Shown: positions 1-9,896 of the stretch, one piece after another
How the letters are laid out: each line of letters starts with the position of its first letter
Position numbering within the stretch: position 1 is the first letter of the stretch
From: Yuukianura sp. NJ FZ-2021
Lineage: Eukaryota
Direction of reading: 5' to 3'
Length of the DNA: 64,000 nucleotides
Assembly: GCA_046563655.1 (NCBI GenBank)
Contig: CM102286.1
Location: forward strand, 7,254,001-7,318,000
Translations under genes and position numbers: made by a program
The notes under the pieces: generated by a model
Databases searched by the model: none
Seen by the model: only the letters and a program-made list of their open reading frames with translations
What the model was told of the DNA's origin: nothing

Positions 1-18
1 ATTCCCTTCAATTTTTAG

Positions 19-1239
19 AACTACTTCCAAATCCTGTCGAAGGTGCGAGGGTCATTGTTAGCAAATCGCTGAGTCCCCAGTTTCAGATTACACATAACGT
101 GTCTATGAGCTCATTGCAGCCTTCGGGCTATCGATATGGCTGCACTTTCGTTGGGGATATGGTGAGTGCACTCTTAATACCATTTATGATTCAATAGCCG
201 TTCATTCATTCATATTGATGATTCATCATCATCACCAATATAAAACAAAACAAATGGTGAGTGATTTTTTATTCCATATATTTTAGATTTCTCCGATAGA
301 GCCGTCCGCGTTTTTGATGGGGGATGTTGATCCAAGCGGAAATCTAAACTCTCAAGGTTTCTACCATGTTTCAGATGCGTTGAAACTTAAATGGGTAGCA
401 CAAGTCAGCAAAAACAAGTTTCAGAACTTGCAGACCTCATTTGACTATAAAGGCAGTTGTTATACCGCAAGCGGTAGTATCGTAAACCCAAGCTTTCAAA
501 CCGAATCTGGTAAGCGAAATCGAGCTTTTAATTTACTGTTCCTATCTTTATCGTGGTACCATCCAAAGCTTTTATTCTTCAATTACTACACAGTGTATAT
601 GTATTTTTTAGTCCTTGGTGTTCTGCAATACCTTCATGCTGTTACACCGCAAGTGGCATTGGGGGGTGAAGCTGTTTACCAAAAATCGCCGGCAATTCCT
701 GAAGGCTCAATTTTAGGGTTCACTGGATCCGCGCGATACTCCGGTTGGTAATCACCACTTCACTTTAGCAATTTAATGAATGTTATTATTTTTGATTGAT
801 ACGTTTTATGTGCTTCGTCCAGATCAATTACATACAGTTAGCGGGTTTTACGGCCAACCAGGTGTAGGAATTTACGTATACCGAAGAATCAACGAGGAGT
901 TACAAGTTGGTGTGGAAATTGAGAGAGTTCAACAACAACTATCAGCTTCTATTGCCTATCAATACGACCTACCTAAAGCCAATTTTACAATGAAAGGTTC
1001 GTTCACTTGTATTTCGAAATACTGCTTCAGTAATTACTAATGTACAATGACCATGACCAAGGTCGCTACTAATAACGCCGTGTTTGCTTTTTGTAGGAAT
1101 GATTGACAGCAACTGGACTGTAACTGGGATGTTGGAGAAGCGGCTTCTTCCTTTGCCTTGCTCATTTGCTCTCTGTACATCAATTAATCACAAAAGCAAC
1201 CAATTTAGAATGGGATGTCAAGTTGCATTAGAACTGTAA
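19..1239 (+). CDS. Tom40: Mitochondrial import receptor subunit Tom40 (5'-partial, spliced)
   Basis: GT-AG exons 19-161, 287-509, 612-743, 823-996 and 1097-1239 join in frame. They give ...[89 protein letters not shown]...* (TAA at 1237-1239), recognisable as the Tom40 beta-barrel. The N-terminus lies upstream of the window. Confidence 0.96.
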
Positions 1240-1519
1240 CAAAACAAGTCCAAAGTCCATGTAGTTAGTCCATTATACTTCCACTCGCCAATATTAGCAA
1301 TGAACTGTAGCCAAGGGATAAAATTTGTTAAGTCTGATTTACTTAAAACCAACGCTTTTCTATGGAACCAAACTTGATTTTTCTTTGTACCAAAGAACTT
1401 GATTTGATGACTTCATAAAGGATGCCTTTGCCTATTGAAAAACTAGTAGAACTGAATGGAGGATTTGCCAGAGCAAGAAGATATAAAAAAAATGAAAGTT
1501 GTTAACTTAATACTGTAAA

Positions 1520-3916
1520 CTATGCTTCTTTCCTTCCGTTTTGTGCGAATGTGGTCGATGAAGGCTTCCAGATCCTGCAGAGCGTTTACTGTGTGAACTC
1601 TTGTCCTTGTGTGGCTTATTGCTCAAGAGAGGATGTGTATCTAATTTTATAAGAAACAGATTGGGCATTAATATGAGACGTGATTTTAATTCTATTTTGC
1701 GATTGATTTCTATAAGAAACTGACCGTTGACAGGAGCTCCCTCTAAAGTGATATCATAGGTTTTAGCCTTCTTCCTTCTAGGCCCCTGCGATGGGCTGGA
1801 TTCATAGGCGTGATGTCGCTTTCCATGGTGATGATGATGGTGGTGATGGTGCTGAGGATGGTTTTCGTCTTGGGTGGGTACATGAAAGTCTTGTACTGGC
1901 GGAGCCCAAGAATCGTCGGGATCTTCAACTTCCGGTGCGATGGGCAGAAAGAGGAGAGCGTTTGGATCCTCTTCTTCTTCGTCGGAACTACAGAATGCCG
2001 GGATCGGTTCGATTTTGCAAACATCGACCTAGCAGAGAACGAGAGAACTAATCAGTGTGAGAAAGTTGTGGTGAACTTTTATGGCAAATCAATCAATATA
2101 AAAAGCTAGTACTTCCAAGTCATCTTCATTTCGGTTATGGAGATTTGCGACGATTTTATCTTCGTCTTCATCGTCAAATTCTGACTCCCGTTCATCGTAC
2201 TCCACATTTTCATCCAGTTCCTTGAAATCTGGGGCAAAAGCAGACCAGTTTTCCACTTGATTCTGAGACCATATCGAGACAACCCCGCTGCTGATGGAGC
2301 ACGCAATTGGTCGGACTGGGTGCCACTACGGATATAACATGGCAAAATAAGTCAAAAAGAAATTAAATGATGTGAGTGATTCTGATGTAGTATACTACAC
2401 ACTTACAACAACGTCCAGCAAAAGTTCTCCTTTAGTTCCTTGTAGAATTTTCACAAGGTTACCATTACTCTTGTCCCAGATATAAAGAGCATGCTGACGA
2501 GAGGAACCGGCGCAAACGTACTCTCCATCACCAGAAAAGCAACATTTCTTCCACATAGTCCTAAAATGTAAGGCAACAATTAGCTTTGACTATAATCAAA
2601 ATCAAACACACCAACAAGATGACCTCAATGAGACGTCGAAAAGAAGTACTATAAAATGTGCACTTACTTATTTACCAAATCCTGCAACTTCTGAATGGGT
2701 TCTGGATCTCCTTCAATACCACAAGCCAAGACTTCATTTGAGTTGTAAACACGGATTATTCGGTCGGCAGAATTCACCAAGAACCAACTGAAAATAATAA
2801 CAGAAACGAGATTGAGGAGATTGGAAACTGGAAAGAATACAAAGGAAACACCGCGTCCTGCGTCGACAATATTGTTTGTACGCATTTACTCTCCGCGACG
2901 AGAGAATTCAATGCTCTTGATTGCTGTCGTGCTGGCTGCTCCTTGTGTGACTCGAAAACTTGCGACGAGCTTTGCATCCGCTGCTCGGTGTACAGTAACT
3001 CGCCCTTTGGAGTTTCCAGTGTATACATGCAGTCCTCTTCGATCAAATGATGCCGAAATACTGGTGTCAGCCTGTAGTAAAGTAAAAGATTAGTTGGATG
3101 TAAGAATCTGGTTAGATGTCGAACATTTCTACGTGGTTTTCCACCGGTTTTGCAAGTGATAAGAGCAAACTACGAACCTCGTCGTCTAATGGGATAATCA
3201 AGCGGCTTCCATCCAGCCCTACAACCATAGCGGCATGTCGCATTGGACAGACAAGCAATTTCTCCATGTTCCTTGGATTGTATTGAATCTGGAATTTATT
3301 TTGTTTGCAATGCAAAACAATTATGCAGTCACAATCAATCATCATGGCTTTCTTCCAGAGTGTTATTTACCCTCAAAATAGGTGAAGGGAATCGGAATCG
3401 GTGGTCGCTATCGCCAGTCGCAACGTCTATTATGCATACAGTGTTGTCCGTAGACGCCGTTAGTAGTTTCCTTCCATTTCGGGACCAGCTGTAAACCAAT
3501 TCAAGAACTGAAGATAAATATGGCAACCAAATTGCATAAGTACACGCCGACGCCATGAATACTTAAGGTTAGCGATGCTGGAGCTGGACAGTTTACCTTA
3601 CGGAACAAACAGGGTGTACATGTGACGTGATTACTTTTGAAATCCCTCTTGTCATAAAATCCCAAATCACAACTCGACCATCGTTGCAACCAACCGCTAA
3701 CAACGTTCCATATTTGTTGAAAGCCGCAGTGACTGCCAAGGATATACAATCCAAAACTCCGTCAGCCTCTTCAGGATAATTTTGCCCGAATGATTCTATA
3801 AAATGGCAAATTATTCGAAATATTAAAAGTTAGTTACTAAAATCCGAATCCATGCATGCCTAAGGCCTACTACTACAGCTGTGACCTTTATACTTACCCA
3901 ACAGTTCCAGATTCAT
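1520..3916 (-). CDS. RBBP5: Retinoblastoma-binding protein 5 (WD40 subunit of COMPASS/MLL H3K4 methyltransferase complexes), spliced
   Basis: ATG at 3916 gives MNLELL|ESFGQNYPEE..LLAVGCNDGRVVIWDFMTRGI..SWSRNGRKLLTASTDN..LVNSADRIIRVY..WKKCCFSGDGEYVCAGS..WHPVRP..ENWSAFAPDFKELDENVEYDERESEFD, which are diagnostic RBBP5 motifs. The last exon (1520-1640) ends in TAG. Confidence 0.97.
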
Positions 3917-4133
3917 GGTTTCAAAGATTAGAATTACAAAGAACTTTATAACGATGTTTGTCTGTCACCTCTCAGGCAGTTCAATATTATTCAGTTATTA
4001 AAAAAATGTAAACAGAAATTACTAACTTGCTTTCGGGAAGGAATTCCAATTCCAACACATTTGCCTGATTCGGGAAAACTCGATGTTAGTTTCCGTTTGT
4101 TTAATTATATTTTCATCGTTCTCCCTTGAACGA

Positions 4134-4217
4134 GGCTCAGTGGTCTAGTGGTATGATTCACGCTTAGGGATTCAAGTAATCTGCGTGAGGCCACGGGTTC
4201 GATTCCCGTCTGAGCCC
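4134..4217 (+). tRNA. tRNA-Pro (anticodon AGG) with a 12-nt intron at the canonical 37/38 position
   Basis: Acceptor stem GGCTCAG/CTGAGCC; D-arm TGGTCTAGTGGTATGA; anticodon stem CACGC/GCGTG with AGG at 4166-4168; intron ATTCAAGTAATC at 4170-4181; T-loop GGTTCGATTCC; T-runs downstream as a Pol III terminator. The spliced length is 72 nt. Confidence 0.93.
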
Positions 4218-4590
4218 TGGCTTAATTACTTTTTATTTCTTTTTCTTTAATTTTTTTTTAATTCCGATGATGTGGCCCTTGAATTCAAAAAAAAAAACCA
4301 AATAAACAGCGAGGCTGAGCCATATGACGAGGGTGAATAATCGGACAGTGCGAAGGTCAAGGTCAAGTAAAGAAAAACTCTGCTATTTATTAATTTGAAT
4401 TCTAATTCAGTTAGTAAAATGACTTTAACTAACTTAGGTAATGTAAATAATGTAAATAAAATAAAACAAAAGAGAGACACGAAATTGCAATTACTTGATT
4501 CTCCATTTTTAGCGCTGTTTTTCCGTGCCGCCCTTTCCCCCATTCAAGTAATTTTCCGCCCTCCAGTAGATGTATTTTCTGAATCACAAG

Positions 4591-7446
4591 TTAATAGCCT
4601 AACTTTTCGTTCAGCTTCGTTTTCCCATCGCCGGTTTGATCCGTGGGTGGTACCCACACAGAGTATTCCGGTTTCGTAGAGTCATACTCATATGAAACGA
4701 GTTTTTTCTGAGGACGCCGACGACGTTTTCTGTCTCCCGTCTTCGATCCAGGATCTACTTCACTCTCGTTCAAATCCGACGGTGAAACTTTTGTAACTTC
4801 GGGAACTAACGAACTTCTTGGCTCCTCTTGTAATTCCGATTCGAGTTCCAATAGTCCTGTCATCGCTTTACCTTCCGTAGTACATGACGGAAGTGTTGAT
4901 GATGCTGCAGAGTCGAATACAACGTTCTCAGTCGTTTCAGGCTCGCTTAAGTCGATCATAGTAATTCCTGGACTGGAAGAGCTCGATGTCGGTTTGAGTG
5001 GCGCTGCTGTTGGAATGGCAGTTTGAGTGGCTAACTTTTTGGGAGGAATCACACCCTTGCGTGGACCGAACAATACAGTAGTCACTTTTCCTCCTGACTT
5101 CTTTACTGCGGGACTTATCGTTTTCACGTCTGGCTTTGTTAGATTGATTAATTTCATGAGGCGTTCCTGTTCCTCCTTTAGACGCTTAGCTTCGGACTTC
5201 ATTTTGGGAATATCAGTTACACCACTTTTGACGTCTTGCATGAATTCGTCGAGAGGGTCTGCAGTTTCATTTAAGCTGGCACTACGTTGCTTTGCCTTTG
5301 CCATCTTTGCTTCTAGCTGTTCCAATTGATTGGAGACATCTGTGTATTGTGCATTCTGAAAAATCATGAAAAATAGAAACTTCTTAATCTCGGCAATTCA
5401 CTCATAATGGTAAATAAAACAAAAAACGATACAGAAAACCGCGTCAAGAGAGTAACTTGTTATAGATACTTATTATCCTTTACGTTACGTGTCATATTTG
5501 GGGTTGAATTCAATCAAATGGAATGCTTACAAGTGTTTCATAAGTTTCTGCCTTTTCCTCAATCTTTCCAGCTTGCTTCATCCTGAATTTCCGTTTCCGC
5601 TCTACGGATCCGGTTCTGTCTAGGAATGTGTCCTCATCACTGGAGTAGTAATCTTTTTCCTCCCAGTCTCGGCTTTTCCTCTTACTATGACTTTCTATAA
5701 TTCACACAACAATCATCGATTACATACGTAGAAAGTATTATTAAATATCCAAAGTAATATGAATATGACTTCTAAATGTAAGGCTGAACATAGGTAAGGC
5801 GAGATAGATTCGTGACTTTGTTTGCGCTTTCCGGACGGTCACCGGATTACCGGCCCTTGCCCTTGTCATGAAATTCAAAAAATCGCCATTTTATTTCGCA
5901 CTATTTTTTATGACAGATTGGTGTTCTAAATCAGTTTCCGGAAAGCGTGATATGTATTTGTATTCGCCCTGCTATGTCCACCTGTATCCAGTAATTATAT
6001 TTAACGTACCCTGGTTTGATTTTCTCAGCACTCCATATTTGTCCAATATCTGACAAGCTTTCAATGCGCATTGTGCCATAATTTCCTTCTTCTTTCCCTT
6101 TCCGTCAACTTCGGCAATTACTGGGGTCCCATTAGCGCTATCTAGTGGTAGACTAAAAAAAAAGTTAAAACAAAACATAAATACTGAAACCCACTTGAAT
6201 AACTCTTTTCATGAACTACGATAAAGTGGAAAGGAGATTACTTAATTGTGCAAATGAAATGTCCGCTGCTTTTCTCGCTGACGTCGTAAACCAGGTCATA
6301 GCCTTCTCGCTCGAACCAAGACTGCAAGCTTCTCTTCGGATTATCCAGACAGAGTTCATTTGTGTCTTCAATGTCAAGTGCAAACGGATTCACCGATAGT
6401 CCAGCTTCTTCAACTGCGTCGTCGGCTATAAAAATATTGATGTTGTAAACACGTAAGATAACAAAAACAAAGTGTTTGTATCGTTATCACATTACCCATG
6501 CCCCATGTTACTCCCCGGTCATCATCATCATCAGCGTCATCCAGTCCACTTTTGAATTTACGTTTGAGCTCTTTCTCGTTCCGTTCCTGCATCAGTTCGG
6601 TGACAGATTTCTCACTCTCTTCTTCCGCATCTTCGTCAGGACCACACAACACGTAAAGTCGAGTCGAATTTCCAAACTTTAGGACATGACCAACGCGAAG
6701 CCTGTAATACCTATAGTTGAATAGAAATTATCAGCTACAATTACTTAATGATACGGTGTACATCAAACGTTAGTGAAATAATATAAGTCAGATCAGCATT
6801 TATACCTGGCAGGAAATACTTGGTTCTTGTTTAGAAATGTTCCATGGGTCGAGTTCAAATCATACACATATAGTCCACTGCCCTTGGTTTCTGGATCTTC
6901 TCCGGATATCGGCCGCTGATCTTTTGAGGAGCTCATAAATTGTAACACTGCATGTATGCGGGAGATTGTTGGATGCTCTCCAGTTATGTCGCACTGTGGC
7001 AATCGCCCTACTACGTAAAATGATCTGTCACTGTCTGTCTTAAACTGAATTTTGTCAATAATTGATCCATTTCGAAGCACCTCAAATCCGTAGCGCGAAT
7101 CCAGTACAATCGCCTCTTCCGGTTCCGTGTATTTGGACTTTAATTGAGAAAGCACGGAGTCATAACTTGCTAGCTTGGAGTCGAATGCTTTTCCGTGTTT
7201 TCCATTTGCAGAGTCTGAAACGTGGGCTTCATTTTGAGGTAAATCTACATTTCCAAATCCAGCTTCGGGAATGGGATCCTCTGGACCTTGAGTAGTTGAG
7301 ACTTCAGTTGTTTCAGCGTCATGATGTACTACTTTATCTCTGCCTTTCCCCTTTCCTCGGGACAGTGAACTAAGATCTGGCATCTTGAATGCTTGGTCAT
7401 TGGTAGATGTAGTAGCTTCAGAAGCATTCTCCTTTACACCTCCCAT
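4591..7446 (-). CDS. SLC4A1AP: Kanadaptin (FHA domain plus dsRBD-like domain), spliced
   Basis: FHA motifs VVGRLPQCDI, HPTISRIHAVLQF, YDLNSTHGTFLNK and LRVGHVLKFGNSTRLYVLCGP. Further motifs TWGM, WFEREG, CALKACQILD and DYYSSDEDTFLDRTGSVERKR, and the characteristic C-terminus WVPPTDQTGDGKTKLNEKLGY*. A probable 5'-UTR intron lies at 7449-7506. Confidence 0.94.
5774..5984 (-). ncRNA. Candidate intronic structured RNA ending in ACA-NNN (H/ACA-like), inside kanadaptin intron 5695-6009
   Basis: Nested helices on the host-sense strand: AGGUGGACAUAG/CUAUGUUC(A)GCCU, AGGGCGA/UCGCCUU, CGCUUUCCGGA/UCCGGAAAGCG and UGUCAU/AUGACA. Three G-U pairs form only on this strand. ACA (5779-5777) follows the basal stem. 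The 315-nt intron is much longer than most introns in the cluster. Confidence 0.5.
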
Positions 7447-7563
7447 ATCTAAAGTTTCAGGAACATTTAAATTAATAAATACTTATATAACGCATATATC
7501 TCTGACCTTTTGGTCCAAATTCCACCACACGAAACCTCGTTGAATTGTTCTTCGGAAGGATTC

Positions 7564-7908
7564 AGGACTCAGGAGGGACTTCGTATTTCCTGATTCTCAG
7601 AAGTGGGGTGAGCGGGTAAACTGGAAAACGATGACCGACTCGCGACTTGCTTCCTTGGATTTCCAGTGTGTAATAAAAGTAACTCCGACTGCAGATCGAT
7701 GCGGGATGGAGAATGATGACCAATGCCAATGCCAATACGTGTGAAGTGTGACCTCTAATCCTTTCGGGTTTGCAAAATTCCTTGCTGCTAAAATAAAAAA
7801 AACATGGTTGGAGTAAGCTGTAACCACCGTCAACGTAGCCGCGCAGCCCATACCTGTCTGTCATCCTCAGTGCCTACACTCTGCGGCAACTGATGTTGCC
7901 ATTTTTTT
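7564..7908 (+). ncRNA. Candidate ~320-nt structured ncRNA, divergent from the kanadaptin 5' end
   Basis: Terminal pairing AGG-ACU-(CAG)-GAGG-GAC with GUC-(AU)-CCUC-AGU-(G)-CCU, followed by ACA (7876-7878). Inner helices UGGG.UG.GCGG/CCGC.CA.CCCA, CUGGAAA/UUUCCAG, ACUCCGAC/GUUGGAGU and AAUCC-UUUC-GGGUU. A GGCAAC-TGAT-GTTGCC hairpin and T7 follow. Family not identified. Confidence 0.4.
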
Positions 7909-8184
7909 AGGTTACGTTAGGCTGGTTACAATGACTGCTTAAGTTGCCACACCGGTGTAGCGACATATTGTAACCAGTGCACTAAAAATGTGGTTACGCT
8001 GTGCTCGTTACTCTTTACCTCACAAAAAAAGTCCATTCAACAACGATAACAAAGTTAGAACTTTTGCGCGTCGCTAATCCTCTGAAAACTCTGAAATAAA
8101 GGAACATTGTGGTACTCTTCTCAACGGCTTGGGAGCTTGCGACATAGCAATTGTCACTGTTTATAAAATATTCCTTGACCAATC

Positions 8185-9629
8185 TCAAGCGATTTCATGT
8201 AATTGTTCTGAAAGTTCAACGTACACATGCGAAATCTCTGATTTTTCTACTGTTACTATCCTGTAACCGCTTCTGTCAGCCCCTAGTTGACAGCCCACTG
8301 CAGATGTTACAATTTGTTGCATGTCATTGTAGAATCCACCGGCATTGCGATGGTAGTGCCCTGGAATCAATAAAACCAGCATCAGTATAGGATTAAAACG
8401 ACCCGAAGGCATAGAATTACCGGTACTAGATTTTTAAACCTTTGGAGCGTAGTGTATCCGACAAAACAAGCACGAAATTCAGAGTTTGGAACCTTAATAT
8501 CGCGACAAAAACCTTCAACTTACCGCAAAATACATGACGCACGCCTGAAAATGATTAAAGTCAAAACTTTAACGGATAATTTTTCGTACCTAGGTTAGGT
8601 TCACTATACCAAATATCAATAAGACTCACCATAGGAATATAGTTTGTCTAGGATTTGTTTTCTAAGAGGTTGATCGATAGCAAAATAGTCAGGTTCTTCA
8701 TCGTAAGACTTCAGAAAAAATGGAATGTGCTGGAACACAACTATAAATAGAAAAAAATTTAATTACCTAACATATCGCTTGCGTGATACCAATTCTCTAT
8801 TACGACGAGCATTTATGCCAAACATTATGTACATTATGTAGAGTGACCAAGAAAAATCAAACAACATAAATCGCTGCCAACGAATACTAACCTATGTGAG
8901 TGGCCTTTTCATCTGCGATTGTTTCCATAAAATCGTCCTGTGATTTGGCTAGATCAGGTACATGCTCTGAAGCCTTGAAGTATTGGGAGTTTAGTACAAC
9001 AAATTTAACTCCTCCGCACCAGAACGAAAAAAAGTCAGGGCCGAATTCCTTCCGATAGTTTGCCACTGTTTCCGGGGTTGGATCTTCTCCAATATCATGA
9101 TTTCCACACACGCAAACAAGCTTAATCTCCGGATCCAATTCTTGAAAAACATCCACAAAGTCCTTATACTGCCGCTGTCTTCGTAGAGCCATCTCACCTG
9201 TCAAATCAAAACAGCAACACATATTTAACTTGATGAGATTCAGACAATATGAGCCATAGTAGAAAAAAAAACTGGTTCTTGTTTTAAACCAAAGCATGAA
9301 TAAAGGTGTGCTGTACCCGCATAGGGGTAAGAATCCAGTATATCGCCGCAAACTACAAAGAATCTTGGCTTTGGTACGAGACGATTAATTTCTCGTATAG
9401 CTTGTTTTGCCAAGAAAATCTCTTTATCCCACAATGGTACTTGCTTTTTAAGGAGGTAACTGTCAATCATGCCAAATTGCGTGTCTGCACCCTGGACGAA
9501 AGTGAAGGGACCATCCCAACGTTTTTCTTTGTCATCGCTTTGAAAGTTGGTTATATCCGTTGAAGGAAGAACTGCCGGAAAAGAGGGTACCTCAGCAGAA
9601 GATTCCAAATGCTGCGTTGACGACTCCAT
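8185..9629 (-). CDS. CPPED1: Serine/threonine phosphatase CPPED1-like calcineurin-like metallophosphoesterase, spliced
   Basis: Approximate exons 9326-9629, 8892-9197, 8631-8741, 8524-8544 and 8185-8361. Motifs GPFTFVQGADTQFG, PRFFVVCGDI, LVCVCGNHDIG, FGPDFFSFWCGGV, VFQHIPFFL, GVRHVFCGHYHRNAGG and VTSAVGCQLG. Confidence 0.94.
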
Positions 9630-9896
9630 CTTCTTATTCTAAAGTTTGGAATCCAAACAGACAGGAAGATTAATAATCCTGGAATGAATTTTAGTTTTAA
9701 TCGTTCCTAAAATTGGACATGAAAGCGTGCGCATGGTTAAAACAGGTGACTTTTGATTTTTAAATGTATTGCGCATTGCGTAGTTGCTTGCGATGGAACA
9801 ATGACCTTCCCACTCCATTAATGGCTTTCGATTTTGGTTATGGTTAAGGAAATAAATATCGTCCGTTTAGTTTAAAATCGCTTTTGTGAAATTTAG

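Noticed and set aside
251..263. Second ATG-GTGAGTG donor-like site inside Tom40 intron 162-286
   Set aside because: No adjacent acceptor defines a micro-exon, and extending the upstream exon to it runs into an in-frame TAA. Treated as a cryptic site.
7597..7864. Short minus-strand ORFs (84 and 100 aa) between CPPED1 and kanadaptin
   Set aside because: No recognisable protein features. The base-pairing pattern favours a plus-strand RNA or promoter sequence.
7564..7921. Telomerase RNA, RNase P/MRP or SRP identity for the candidate ncRNA
   Set aside because: No CUAACC-type template, no P4-forming conserved regions (GGAARNUC or GAAAGUCCCC with the matching 3' strand), and no SRP helix-8 motif were visible.
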